Assembly (NCBI RefSeq): GCF_000143415.4
Contig: NW_003314297.1
Location: 1,642,890 to 1,706,889 of the forward strand
Direction: 5' to 3'
DNA: 64,000 nt
DNA from: Selaginella moellendorffii
Lineage: Eukaryota; Plantae; Lycopodiophyta
Below are positions 38,201 through 51,486 of the stretch, in pieces. The notes under the pieces are model-generated. The model had not been told where the DNA came from, ran no database searches, and saw only the letters and a list, made by a program, of their open reading frames with translations. The first letter of the stretch is position 1. The number at the start of each line of letters is the position of its first letter. The translations under genes were made by a program, and so were the position numbers.

Positions 38201-41200
38201 TGAGCTATGCCAATGCAATAGCATAGTAAGTCCAAGGAAAGTAGTCTCTATAACAGATCTATGGGAAGGTCTCAAAATTAAGCCGTGGATAAAGCCTACA
38301 ACAAAAAATGTTAAAGAGACGTACTAGAGGTGAACACCCTTTGGACTTGGCAAAGCAAAGTGTTTGCTATAGAACTAAAAGGATACCTCAAGAATGGAGG
38401 TAGCGATCCTATATTGCTAGGTGCAACAATCAAGGATAGGAGCAAAAGACTAATGGCTAAGAAAGAGCCATGGGAATCAGGGGAAAGAATCCAAATGGCA
38501 AAATTAAGCCGAGAACATTAATGTATTGGGTGCTAACGGATTATGGGAAAGACAATGTTTTCCCAAGGATGGAGTCCCAACCTCTCCGATTTGGCAAAAG
38601 TGGAAACTCCAAGGGGGGGAGCAGTAAAGTAGCCAAATAATAGGGCCGTGGGCAGCCCTAGCACAAATTATGATAACTGAAACCTAGTGCCAAAGATGGC
38701 ACGATATCGAAGAGAGGATGATAGTGCCTTCAAGTAAAGAACTTCCTAGGATGGGGAAGTGGAGTTGCACCATGTGCAACGTAAGGTGTCGGAGACATCT
38801 AGAAAATTGACTCTGAGAAGTCAAAATTAAAAGTTCCAAAGTGCAAAGGTTATGTTAATGGAATCTGAGACTTCTCGAGAATGAGTAGTGGAATTGAGTT
38901 AGAGAAGGTGTCTCTAACAAGTTTAGCAAGAACTGAACTAATAAAAGGGAGCAAACCACCCTAGGTGGCTGAATGAGTCTCTATGTTGGAGAGACTATGC
39001 TCCTTAGAAGATGGACAAGGCATGGTGAGCCTTTAGTGCCAAACTATAGACAAATATTGGCTAGGTGCCAAGGATGGAAATGGTAACTCATGTGGGTGTT
39101 ACTTTATAAAAAGGGTTTACTGTTCAATGAGGACATCGAACTTCGCATATGGGTGGTGGAGTTGTGAGACACAAAATCCCTAGGCCCCAAAGTGGAGCCG
39201 AAAGGGTGCCACGTGGTAGTGGCCAAAACAAAAGCTAAATGAGTATAACACGTTTGGACTAAAAGCTCCAACTTGAAAAGTCAAGACCGGGAGTGGAACT
39301 CCCAACAAAGTGCTCAAGGAATGAGCACGAAGTGAATGATAAGTGAGGCTCCAAAAAGGGACCCAAAAGGACCAACACATGACATGTGGAAGTGTCTGAG
39401 ATGGAGTCCGAGATGGAGTCTGAGATGGACCTGAGGTGGAGTCCGAGATGGAGTCCGAGATGGACCCGAGCTGGAGTCCGAGATGGAACTGAGTTGGAGT
39501 CCGAGATGGAGTCTGAGATGGACCCGAGTTGGAGTCTAAGTTGGAGTCCAAGATGGACCCGAGTTGGAGTCTGAGATGGAGTCCGAGATGGACCCGAGTT
39601 GGAGTCCGAGATGGAGTCCGAGATGGACCCAAGTTGGAGTCCGAGGTGGAGTCCAAGATGGAGTCCGAGATGGATCCGAGTTAGAGTCTGAGGTGGACCC
39701 AATATGGAGTCCGAGATGGACCCGAGATGGAGTCCGAGATGGAATCCGAGATGGAGTCCGAGATGGACCCGAGATGGAGTCCGAGATGGAATCCGAGATG
39801 GAGTCCGAGAAGGACCCGAGATGGAGTCCGAGGTCAAGACCAAGACCGGGACCGAGACCGAGACCAGGACCGGGACCGAGACCGAGACTGAGGCCGAGGC
39901 CGAGACCGAGCCCGAGGCCGAGTCCAAGTCCGAGTCCGAGTCCGAGTCCGAGTCCGAGTCCGAGTCCGAGTTTGAGTCTGAGAGGGTGAAAGCCCAAAGC
40001 ATTCGTCTCCTAAACCCTTGGGGGTTTGGTGAGCTCCAAAAGTATAGTGAGGGGGAGGATTGCAATGGAGCCAGTTTGGCCAAGAAAGGCTAGTTTGGCC
40101 TAGGAAAGCTGTACCCAGTGTTGGGTGATGAGCTTCCCACTAGGAAGTCCAAGACTAGAGTGAACACGGATTGACAAGTGGGGTAGCTTAGTGAAGTGTT
40201 CAAAAGCCGGCTCTAGTTCCCTTGGGAGATCGACTGGCCAATGCTCCTAGTCCAAGTGTGGATGGCACTACCTACTTGGATACCTGGCGTGGCTCAATGG
40301 AACCTCGCTCTAAGCCTCTGGCTAGAGCACCTAAAGGCGGAAGGCGGGGAGAGTACCCATGAGGCCTGCGTAGGGCCACGGTATTTCAAAATGTTGTCCC
40401 AAAAGTCCCAGACTATGGAAAGGAAGGGGAGTAGCCCTCTGGTGTGGTGACCAAAGACACAGTCACACAGTGAAGAAGTCCTAGAGGACAATAGGACTTA
40501 GTGGTTGGGCCTGTGGGCCTCTATCCAATGGCGGTGTTGGCAAACACAGCCAAGGACAAAAAGGGATTTGGTGGGGACTAGAACGGAGATATTGGGGAAG
40601 GCTATTCCCCATGTTTGTGGGCATCCTAAGGATGCTAAGGAGTGGATTTAGGATGACCACTCATGGACGAATGGCCCAGTCTTGGAGAGATGAGATTGCA
40701 ATGCAGGTGGTGTTAAACTAACGATGTGACCAAGGTGAATGAGCGTGGCCTATCGTAACGGACTCATATGTTGGTGGTACCTTGGGGTGTTGGTCATGGG
40801 ATTGGACACGTGGAGCACTTGGACCAAGTGCAAAGGTTGAGTGGCATGGATGCCATTCTCCGTGCTAGCAAGCCCCAAGTTTTGAATGGGACTTATGGAG
40901 ATTGTGAATGAGACTCCTTCAAGTGGTCGGAGGTGTGGTTAAGTGACTAAAGTAAAATGGAAAAATTAGTCACTTACAGACCATCACCCATAGGAAGGGG
41001 AGCTAAAGGATGAGTAGCAAGAAGTGGAAGAGGCGACGTCTCATAACGTTGTGTCAAGCAAAGAGCATCATCAAGGGTGGCAGGAGCAAGTGCATGCACA
41101 AGTCCGACAAGATCTTGACGAAGTGCTGGCCACAACATTCCTAGCTTGACCGCTCGGACATATTTGGCTCCGCACGAAGCAAAAAGCTTCGACAACAAAC

Positions 41201-42129
41201 ACCAAATTGCATCACTGACTCAGATGGCCCTTGGCGAAGACGATGTAATTGTTAAAAAGCATCATCATAATCGTCGGCATGTTCAAAGGCGCGTTTGAAG
41301 ATGTCCGGGAGAATACTCCAATCCCCACGAGTGGCTGTGCTCAGACCATTGTACCATTGCAATGGCGTCCCTTGGAGACATGTGGGAAACTCACGCAAAC
41401 GTCGAGCATCATCCTAAGAATGATATGTGGCAATCACCGTGAAGTGATCGAACCAATGGTACATATCATCCAAAGGATTCCCGCAAAAGAACTCCGGCCG
41501 AACGCGAGGATTAGCACCAAGAGCAGGAGGAGTTGTGCCACGTGCTACGAATGCCACCATCAACTGAGTTTGGTTGTTCAATTGCAAGCGCATAGTATCA
41601 AGCAATTGTACCAACTGCTGCTCCAGAGTCAAAGGAGGAGATTGTTTATCTGCCATGAAGACAGACAAAGAAAGAGCAAAAGAAGAGAAACAACAAAAAG
41701 CGAAAAGGAAATGGGAGATCTAAACAATGCAAGAAAGTTAAATGTAAACCAAAATCCTGAAAGGGAAGAACAAAAGAAAGGGAATGGAAAAAGCTAAATT
41801 TAGACAATGCAAAAGCTAGATCTAAACCAAAATCCCAAATTCAAACACTCCTCAGGAAAAATAAAAAATGCCCCTCACCTCCACCAATGTGAGTGCTTAG
41901 AATATGGAAAGGGAATATAGAAAATGTGCATATCAATTAGCCCAAAAACCTTAGCTTATATACAGAAGCGAGTGGTCCGGATTGAAACCAATCTAATGCC
42001 TACCAAAATCCCACTATGCTAATATTAGTATACAGCATTGTAGCCGTACACTTGGCCCTCCCATAAACATTATATTTTTTATTTAATTTTTGTTTTCTAT
42101 TTTTTTTAGTTTAATTTTTAATTTTAGAC

Positions 42130-44312
42130 TAGATAAAAGATCACATTGATGACTTCAGCAACACTCACAATGGTGCAGTGCGATCAGAAAGATGATCCAC
42201 AAAACAAACGAGATATTGCACATTGCCAAGGAAGCGCTGCACATCATTCACACACTTTAAAGTAAGGAACTTTAGAATAGCCACAAATTTGTTAGGATCA
42301 ACTTGCAAACCCCCACGAGAAATATGGTACCTAAGATAAATTGTGTCTTTGGACCTAAACACGCATTGCGACCGCTTTAGCTTTAAACCAACGTTGCGTA
42401 GCCGATCCAACACTTTACAAACATCACGAACGTACTCCTCCCATGTCCCCTTCGAGTGGATCAAGACATCATCAATGAAGTCAATAGTCACCTCTGGTAT
42501 ATCACAAAGAACTTCGTCCATCATCCATTGGAAAGTTGTTGAAGCATTGTTCAAACCAAATGGCATCACTAAGTTCTATGGCTTATGCTAATTCCCTTTC
42601 TTGAGCTCCTCTTCCTTCTCCACTCTCTTCTCATGTTTCTGATGAGCCTATTGTTCCAGCCTTTATGGATTTTCTAAATGAGAATTTTCTGCCATTGGCA
42701 GTTGCTATACTTGATGTTTAATGTCCACAAGGCGCAGAGTAAGATCTACCTTCTCTTGATGAGGTTTACGAGGCTCATAAGCTTGAGCCGTAGATTCAAA
42801 GGCTTCGAGAAGGGTTTGAGAATCTTGCATCACTTGCTGATGACTTGCCTTTCCGGCATTTATATTTTCAATATCGCCTTGAAGACGGCTTTCTTTATTT
42901 TGTGGGGACAAATCTTAATAATCATTTATGGTTGATAGTGCCTTCTGTCTTTATTCTACGGTTTTTCCATACCTACCATGATTCTTTTGTTTTAGGTGGG
43001 TATATGGGACATCATCATGTAACTGAGAAGCTACACTGGTCTTTCTATTGGCCAAAGATGTGACATGATGTTATTTGATCTGTGCATAGCTATGTTTGGT
43101 GCCAAGCTCATAATACTCTCCTTCATACCACGGAAGGACAGTTGGAGTCAATTATAGTTTCCCGTCCATTTGAGTTGGTGGTGTTTGATCTTATGGGACC
43201 TTTTCCACGGTCGACTGCTGGCAATGAGTATGTTATTATTCCTTCTGACTACTTGATTTGTTGGGTGGAAGTTGGTGCTTTTGTTAACACCTCTGCAATT
43301 GTTGTTGGATACTTCCTCCTTAATCAAGTGGTGTTCCAGCATTCTTGTCCAAAGCGGATTCTTTCGAATAATGGCCCCACATTTATGGCTGAGGCATTTC
43401 ATGTTTTGATGTCTCGGTTGGGGATACGCCACACTTTTATGAATGCTTATCATCCATAATCAGACGTTTTGGTGGAACGGCTCATTCAGACATTCAAAGG
43501 GATGATTACGAAGTATGTGAACTTTCAGCATTCGGATTGAAATGGTTATTTGCCATCTTGTCGGTATGTATATGTCACAGAAGTGCAGAGTTTTATTAGT
43601 GCTTCATTATATAAATTTCTATATGATCATAATCCAATATTACTAACAGAGCTAGGTTTACCTTCGCAATTGCCACAAGCTGCTAATGCTAGGTCATGGG
43701 ATAAGTATTTGATGAGCATTCTTCCACTTGTCTAAGTAGAATTTGCAAAACATTTAAGTCACATACAAATGGGACAACAATGGCGCTACAACTCCCATCA
43801 TCGTTCACCTGCGGAGTACAAAGTGGATGATTTGGTATTAGTCCGTTTTCCCCATCTTACAGTATATGGTTTATCTAAGGGGTTTCTTCCGCAGTGGAAA
43901 GGACCGTATCAGGTGTTACGGCAAGTTGGACCACAAGTTTATGAGTTTATGAGGTTTGGCATGACATTCAACAAGCTAATCCTCCAGAGATTGTGTATGT
44001 GCAGTGGTTGAAATGCTTCATACAAAAGGATCAAAAGCAATTAATACCACCTATAGATCCGCCAATGCCTTCTCCTAACATTCCTTCAGATCCCGGCCCA
44101 TTTACAAAAGAACCCTAATGGTCTTTTATTATTCCAAGAGGAGGGGATGATGTGAGGGCCAAATGTATGGCTACAATACTATATACTAATATTAGTGTAG
44201 TAGAATTTTAGTAGTCGTCAGATTGGTTTCAATTCGGACCACTTGCTCTTGTATATAAGCTAGGTTTTTAGGCTAATTGATATGCACATTTTTTATATTC
44301 CCTTTCCACACA
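42130..44312 (+). mobile_element. Truncated, rearranged second copy of the A family (inverted RT fragment followed by INT, PPT and 3' LTR)
   Basis: 42130-42569 is RT on the minus strand (MPFGLNNA, FIDDVLI). About 42575-44150 is integrase on the plus strand (SNNGPTF, WKGPYQVL), followed by PPT GAGGAGGGGATGA and an LTR at 44151-44312. Confidence 0.85.
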
Positions 44313-44974
44313 ATGCTTTTAATGTTTTTTTTTATGATTAAAATATGATTCTAAAATAGTTGTATATTCACTATAAGTTGTATAATTCCAATTAACATAT
44401 TCCATATTGTAAATTTCACCGAGTTCAAACTCACATGACTAAAAATTTTAATAAAGAAACTTACCAAAGGTAGTTGTGAGGAAAATGAAAAATAAAATTA
44501 ACTATGAATAGCCATTAAAATTTTAATAAATTTTATTATCTACTCTTAATAATAATTAAGAGTATTTTCGCCCCACAGATGGATTTCCAGATAGGTACAT
44601 TGCCTATCTGGAGGGCAGTAGGCCCCGATCCAGAGAGGAGCTGGCAATAAATAATGGGTTTTAGTTAGAAATCTTTAAGGTTTCGAAAATTAAAAGCTTT
44701 AAACATACTTATCTTTTCACTTTTTTTTTCACCACTATATTCAATTTTCGACACCTCTTTTTCACCATTAGATTCAATCTTTGACACAATATTTAGTGCC
44801 AAACATGCTTAACAATAAATTGAAATAATTGATGTTAACCACCCACAAAATGTCTATAAGATTCTCTTTGTAGAAGCTATTAAATGTATTTTTCATGCCT
44901 TCAATCTATTACAAACGACTAAAAAATGCTGGCAGTCAAGATATAAATTGCAAAAAGAGTCAACAAACACATAA

Positions 44975-45900
44975 TCTCACTTTGACCATTGTTGTTTCCC
45001 CATTTTCCAACATCAGCCAAAATCCACAAGCAAAACCTTAACTTTGAGAACATTACCTTGAGGAATCCACAATAACTGCACCGAGTTCCAGAGTGACTGG
45101 CGTCAGATTCTTTGCGGCCTCAGCCATGACAATTTGGCCGCCTCGTTTATTACCTGAAGGTTTCATCGATAACGTACACTGCCGTGTAGAAAATCTTATC
45201 CCACTTTTGATGGAGAAGAGCAGTGGTTTCCGAAATTCCTCCCTCGACCACGCGAATCGCAGATTTATCCAAGTACAAAGGGAGCAGCCGTGTGATCAAC
45301 GCCGATGTCGCTGGTGCCATCTCGACGGCTTCAACACCACGGCATTGCCCGCGGCAATGGCTCCAACCATCGGGTCCAGGGAAAGGACTGCATTAAAGAA
45401 CCACAAGGAGAGAACCTCGTCACGAAAAAAGAACGAGCGCTAGAACCAACAGACTTACGAAATGGTAAATTCCAGGCGGAGATTATCAGCACGACAGCGA
45501 AAGGCTCGGGCTTCATGGCGGCCGACGCCGGGAGCGTCGAAGCAGAGCTGGAAGCTGGAAAAGAAGATTTCCAAGAAAATGAGCAGAGAGAGCGAGGTTT
45601 TCGATGGCAAGCTGGCACACACTCTTGACGGGAAAGATCTGCGAGGAAAAGATCCACACAGAATCAGCGGGATTTCGATCCAAGAACCAAAAAAGATCCG
45701 GGAGGAAGCAAGCAATCAAAAGAAAAGGTGCCATAGCATCGCCTCTCACCTCACTGGTGAGGCACTCCGAGGGCGATGTCCTCCTCGTGCTTTTGGATCA
45801 AACCCACGATGCTCTTGAGCTGCGCGAGCCGCCAATCCAAGCTCCTCCGAAATCGCTGCGGACCTCGCCACACAGCCGCGATTACGGCGCTCTCCGTCAA
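44975..45900 (-). pseudogene. Truncated aldehyde dehydrogenase family 3 pseudogene
   Basis: RSLDWRLAQLKSI, PEPFAVVLIISAWNLPF, AIAAGNAVVLKPS with a 1-bp frameshift before EMAP, WDKIFYTG, AAKNLTPVTLELG lacking GKCP, and GKW.NNGQ, after which homology is lost. Confidence 0.8.
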
Positions 45901-46431
45901 TTCTTGGCGGCGATCGGACTCCATTGCTCGCTCGCTCGCTCCCAGGAAGAAAACCCTGACAGGCCCTGCTCATTCGAAATCGTCGAAGAAGTCGGCGTGG
46001 TGGAGTAGCGCCACCGCCGGCACACGGTTGCCGCCTGGGCATTGCGCCGCGCCTCGACGAGAATGGAGGAGACGATGCTGTCCGGGATCACGTCGATGCT
46101 GGCGCCGCCTCTCCGCCATAGCTGCGAGCTCCCCCTGACCTGGCGCCAAGAGCACGTGACGTGGAATAAACATTACGGTGGCCCGGGACTTGACCGGTTA
46201 GATTAAACGGGATGGGGATGACGTCCGGAGGGGGTTCTTGATGAGCGCGGGACGTGATGAATAGAGTGGAGGCAGGCTTAAGGGGCTCTGCGCACACGGG
46301 GTGTTCACACTCGATCTAAGGCTTGAAGTTAGATTCTTGGATTGAGGAGTCTACGGTCCATTATTAATCGTTACAATGTAAACGCCACGTGGGAAGATTA
46401 GGGCTAATTAGGCGTGCAATGCTAGGGCAAA

Positions 46432-49119
46432 ATGGCGATCCGACAAAAGTCGAGCGTTCCTCCAGCCGGCATCGTCCGGTAAATCGATCGTGGCCGGTGG
46501 CGGCGGCAAAGATTGCAGCTCGTCCGCGTCTGTGAGCGCGAGATCGAGCACCTCGGAAGTGGCGGGGACCGTGGCAGCGCCCGGGATCGGGATTGGGGTA
46601 AGGGAGTGGAGCAGCGGGTTAAGGGAGCAGCAGGGACGATTTGGCGTGGAAGCTGGCGATGAGAATTTTGCCGTGCCAGCGAGATCTTCCGACAACAAGT
46701 TTGAAGCTGTGCGATGCCATTACTGGGATACTTGCAGGTGAGAAATCACGAGTGAAGAGTTCGATCTTCGATTTCTCGGCAAGAATTTTTTGTTCTCTTT
46801 TCTTCGCCTCGAGTAAGAGCTCTTTTGGTTTTTAGCAGCTGTGGTTTCCATTATTTGGAGCCACGAGAGCCTGGAGCAACGACCAAGGCGTCAAGAACAC
46901 CGAAGATGGACTAGATTTTTTTGGTTTGATGATAGAAAACGATGAAAAAACTTTGTTGCAGTGAGGACGCGGTGACCTCTCTCTCTGCTCAAAGTGGAGT
47001 CTTCCTGCGAATCAAGTCATGGTGGTAAGCATTTTCATCTCATTTCGCTGCTAGAGTTTACAAAATTCACTGTTTCATAGGATCTAATCGCAAAACTCGT
47101 GAATCCTGCCGGAATCTTCCAGTGCCGCGTGACCGACGCCAAAAATGTTGCTGCTGCCGAGGGAAATCTTGAGGAAATCGCAAGATTGTTCCGGAAGAAA
47201 CTCACAGATTTCCAGCAGATATCTCCCGAGCCAGTTCTTCGCCCAGGAAACCATTTCAATGCGCATTACAGCGTGAAGGACATGGACGAGCTCAAATGGC
47301 TGTTCGTGGAATCTCTTACAGGCAGTTAGTTACGGCGTTTTTAGGGTCGTGCCAAATGCCGGGACGGGGCATAATATTCTGATTCCAGGACAGGGGGATG
47401 TGCAGATATGTGGCGAGCGCCATGGAGTCGACTGCAGCGGGAGCAGCAACAACAAGTAGAAAGCTTAAGCGGGAGGCGGCCCAGCGGCGCAAGGCGCAGG
47501 CTAGATCGCTCAAACTTCGGGCCGAGGAACAGGAACGCTTGCAGCGCCTGGTACACTTCTCTTGTGCCTGTTGAGTTCCCGTTTTGTGAGAATAAATGCT
47601 GGTGCTTGTGCTGAGAGCAGGAGATTGATGCACTGGTGGAGCAACAGAGGGTGCAGCGCCTTGAACGACACCGTCGCAAAGAAGACGCTGAGAAGCTCGC
47701 TCGAGAGGCATCAGGGCTGGGTTTGAGCAACAGCTGCTGCTCGCAGGGAGGCGCGCAGCAGACGAGGAGCAGCGATGCGCGGCAGCAGCAACAGCAGAGT
47801 GGAACAGGGGAGAGCAGGTCGTCGTCGTCCTCGTCGAGCTCTGCAGTGCCTTCTTGGCCCGTTGTTTATAAGGACCACCAACAAGCTACAGCACAAGATG
47901 CAGCAGAGCAGCCAGCCACCTCTCAGCAAGTGCAACAGGCGAGAGCTCTTGTGGACAACCGGAGAAAACTGGCGAGGGGCCCTCGCTCGGGAAACGGGAC
48001 TGTGGGCTTGGCATTGACGCAAGTAACCAACTTTGCTGCTTCTAAGAGCTCCGACTTGGCGCTGGAAGATCACCGGGTTGTGAGCACAGAGTACCAAGCA
48101 GCGGGAACGCAAGCTCTGATGCGGGTCACACTTTTAGCAGCGGGTTTTGTCATTGGCGCTCGGGGCATCTCCGCGAGGCTCATCGGTCAGGTGACAGGTG
48201 CCATCATCCAGTCGTGGACGGAATCGTCTGCATGCCGGCACAGCAACAGCGCCACGGGGGTGCCAATGAGACTCTTCAGGATTCAGGGCAAGAAGGCTGT
48301 AGTCCAGGCAGCGGTGGCCCTGGTAGAGCAGGCTGTGGCCAAGTACAGGGAACTGTGCGAGTGCAAGAGAAGGGGTGAATTTGTTCAGCGTGAACATGTC
48401 ATCAACGGGGTTGAGTTTTACTATCAGCCACCACCTCGAAAGGCATTCTCTGACCAACTCGCGTCGTCCAGGACTCCGTCTTCCTCCTCCTCCCCTTCAC
48501 CGGCTTCTGTGGCTGCCGCGGCCACCAGCACCAGCAACTGCAACAGCGGCAGCCGGGCTGACGTCCCCTTTCCCCCGCACCATGCCTGGCTCCGTCACCT
48601 CCAGGCTGCCGGAGCGTCGTCGAGGGATGGAAGGGAGGCACAGCCTGATGGCCATGGCAGAGCGAAGCAAGTCGCCAGCCACGCCAGCCAGCATTCACTT
48701 CAGGTGGAATCCAGCTTGTTTAGTGTCTTTGGCAACGGGGGATTGCCACTGCCACTGTCAATAGCGCAGGAAAGCGCTCCCTCCCTCAAGACCTCCTCCC
48801 TGGACGTGTCCACCACGCCTTTTGACTTTCCAAAGTACGATTTCTTCCGGGAGATTTTGCCTGCGCTGCCGCAGCAGCAGCAGGGGGGAGAGCACAACCT
48901 CTTTGGAGACGAGCTCTGCATGCTGTGTGTTGAGAGGCCGCGTGCGCGTGGTGGCGCTACTCGTCTCACGGTAAGCAAACTCACGCCCCCTCTCGAGTGA
49001 TTTAAATGTGTGTGTTTTGACAGGATTGCGGCCACGCATCGTTTTGTTCGTCGTGCGTCCGGGCACGGGGCCACTGTCCAGTCTGCCATGCAAAGCTTGT
49101 GGGCTGGGGTCTTATGTGA
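46432..49119 (+). CDS. KH-domain plus C-terminal RING-HC protein (MEX3-like architecture)
   Basis: KH motif AAGFVIGARGISARLIGQVTGAII...FRIQG...VQAAVALV. A phase-0 intron at 48971-49023 completes CMLC...DCGHASFCSSC...CPVC. The 5' exons are uncertain. Confidence 0.75.
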
Positions 49120-49191
49120 TGTTGTGTACATTTGTTTCCCCCTGTTGAGAAATAAGTATGAATCAAAACCCTGACCTGATCCTAGGGAGCT

Positions 49192-50771
49192 ATGTCCTTC
49201 ATTTTTTTCAAGCCATTCAGACCTAAGAGCGCAGCTGAGCTCGTCAAGTCGACGCGGGACGCGCTCGCTGCCCTGGATGACAAGACCGTGGCGGATGTGC
49301 GGCTGCTGGACAAGGTAAACAAAAAAGAGCTGTTCTCATGCCACTCTCACTCTCTCCCCTCCAGGCGCTCGAGGAAGTGGACAAGAACCTCTTGGCCATG
49401 AAACACATGATCCTCGGCGATGGCGAGGCAGAGCCCAGCCCAGATCTGGTTGTGCAGCTTGTAGCCGAGGTGTGCAAGGATGACTTTCTGGAAATTCTCA
49501 TCCACAAGCTCCCTAATCTAGGCTGGGAGGTAACGAGCGTGTGTGTGTGCATTTCGCCAGCTCATTGATTGATCGGCAGGCAAGGAAGGATACAGTCCAG
49601 GTATGGTGCATTCTTCTGCGCCAAAAGGGTGGCCTCGCGGTACACTGCCTGGAAAATCACCCCGAGCTTCTAGATTTCCTCATCTCGTGGTAAGTAGGCA
49701 AACAACGGGCTGTCGCGCTATTATGAAAGCCTGGCTGAGGGTGCAGCTATCAGAACAAGGACACTGCTCTCAACTGTGGCGTCATGCTAAGGGAGTGCTC
49801 CCGCTTTGCAAGCCTAGCAGCGTGAGTGAAATCGCCCATGCAACGCATTCGTTGCATTACTAGCTGTCGCCCGCTTTCCAGATACATGCTCGAGTCGGCC
49901 AGCTTCGAGCTGTTTTTCAAACTCGTGGAGCTTCCCAACTTCGATATTGCCTCGGATGCCTTCACCACGTTTAAGGTAGCCCTCTGCGCTGTTTTCTCTG
50001 TTACGTTTACGTTTGGCGCAGGAGCTTCTCACCAGGCATGGGAGCGTTGTAAATAACTACCTTAACTCGCACTATGACCAGGTAAGCGTCGCCACAGCTC
50101 AAATGTTTCACTTGGGTGTCGTGATCAGTTTTTTGAGCTGTACGAGAGGCTGCTAAGCTCCAGCAACTATGTCACAAAACGGCAATCTCTCAAGGTGGGT
50201 GTCTGTGTGTGTGTGTATATCGTCGTGTGTGCCCTTTTTTTTTTTTTTTTTAATACTCTTCTCCCTCTTTATTCTCCAGTTGCTCGGGGATTTTCTCCTG
50301 GACAGATCTAACACGCAAGTCATGCTACGGTACATTTCGGACAAGCGCAATTTGCTGATAGTCATGACGCTTCTCAAGGTCCGTTGCTTGCTTCTACGTA
50401 TGCCAATGTAAGTAAAAGCTTATTCTGGCCCAGGACCCAAGCAAGAGCATCCAGTCGTCTGCGTTCCATATATTCAAGGTGCGCCTCGTCGATCAGCAAA
50501 TGGCGAGCTCTCTTGTCCTTGTGCAGGTATTTGTTGCAAACCCGAAGAAGCCAGCCCCCATCGTGCACGTCTTGGCAAAGAACAGAGACAGACTGCTGCG
50601 CTTTCTGGACAAGTTCCACCTTGACAAGGGTACGTATATTCTCACAAACCTTTGCTGCTGCTCCACCATACGTGCATGTGGACGTGTGCATGTTCACCTC
50701 CAGAGGACGAGCAGTTTGAGGAAGAAAAGGAGCTGCTGGTCAAGGAGATCGAGGCGCTGGCCACACGCTGA
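49192..50771 (+). CDS. MO25: MO25/CAB39-like protein
   Basis: LIHKLPNLGWEARKD, LPNFDIASDAFTTFKELLTRH, NYVTKRQSLKLLG and VFVANPKKP. Confidence 0.92.
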
Positions 50772-50822
50772 TGGAGTGTTTATTTGTGCCCCCCACCCAC
50801 ACTAAGAGGTAGCTAGCTATGG

Positions 50823-51486
50823 TCACTCCCCAGTGACGACGACGAGGCATCCACACATGGTGGAGAGCGCGCTGCTTGTCGGCTGGTATAAACAGGCGTC
50901 CACCTTCACACCTTCCCCCTCCTGTTGTTGCTGCTGCTGCTGCTGTTCCTGCCCGTGTTCCTCGTACATGACATTGACGCACACTTGCCGCTCCTCTCCT
51001 CCGCCTCCTCCACTTCGGGACGATCTCTCCAAGGCCAGGATCTCACCCAAGGAAGGTGGAGCAACACTGTCCGCCAGCAGCGTCGCGTTACTCCCCGTCT
51101 CGTCGCTGCTGTTGCCGTTGCTGCGGCAGCCTAGCAGCGCCCACACCATGCCCCCCCTGCCGTGGCGTGCCTGCTCCCTCCTCCGCCCCGCCGACCGGAT
51201 TCCAATCAGGCTCCCCAGCGTCATGCCCGCCACTCCCGTCTCCGGGAGAAGCGACACAGTGGACTGCACAGCAATGCACATTGCAGTGCGCTCTTGGCGT
51301 GACAAAACATACCTGGGTGTCCAGATCCGAAGACAAGGACGAGGAGAAGCTCAAGCTGGGTGACAAGGACGAGGCTGCGGCGGCGGCAGAGCTGGCGGCG
51401 GCGTGCTCCAGCCACGACTCCGCCAGATGCACCCGCACGTTGACGGGTTGCAATCCAAGCGGCCACCCCCGCATCGTCTCCTCCAT
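50823..51486 (-). CDS. Plant uncharacterised protein, At3g17950-like
   Basis: GWPLGLQPVNVR, SSDLDTQST, TLGSLIGI and PPSLGEILALER motifs; one intron. Confidence 0.75.

Larger units (their letters stand above)
24319..40978 (+). mobile_element. Element B: long-LTR (~1.7-1.8 kb) retroelement with a non-coding or decayed interior
   Basis: LTRs at 24319-25996 and 39163-40978 (TGTGAG...TTACA), TSD GACCA on both sides, degenerate iMet-like PBS TGATATTGGAGC after the left LTR, and purine tract GGGTGGTGGAG before the right LTR. Confidence 0.9.
20383..42063 (-). mobile_element. Element A: decayed Ty3/gypsy retrotransposon with short (~180 bp) LTRs, interrupted in gag by element B
   Basis: LTRs at 20383-20564 and 41888-42063. 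PBS TGGTGGAGGTG (tRNA-Ala-like) and PPT GAGAGGAGGGGATGA on the minus strand. Domain order gag (PMEVD, CWACDEVGH)-RT (RFCIDYRPLN, MPFGLNNAPATFQ, FIDDVLI)-RH-INT (SDNGPTF). Many stops and frameshifts; no clean TSD. Confidence 0.9.

Noticed and set aside
44586-44612. 10-bp inverted repeat TCCAGATAGG...CCTATCTGGA as a possible Helitron end
   Set aside because: No adjacent CTRR terminus or matching 5' end was found.
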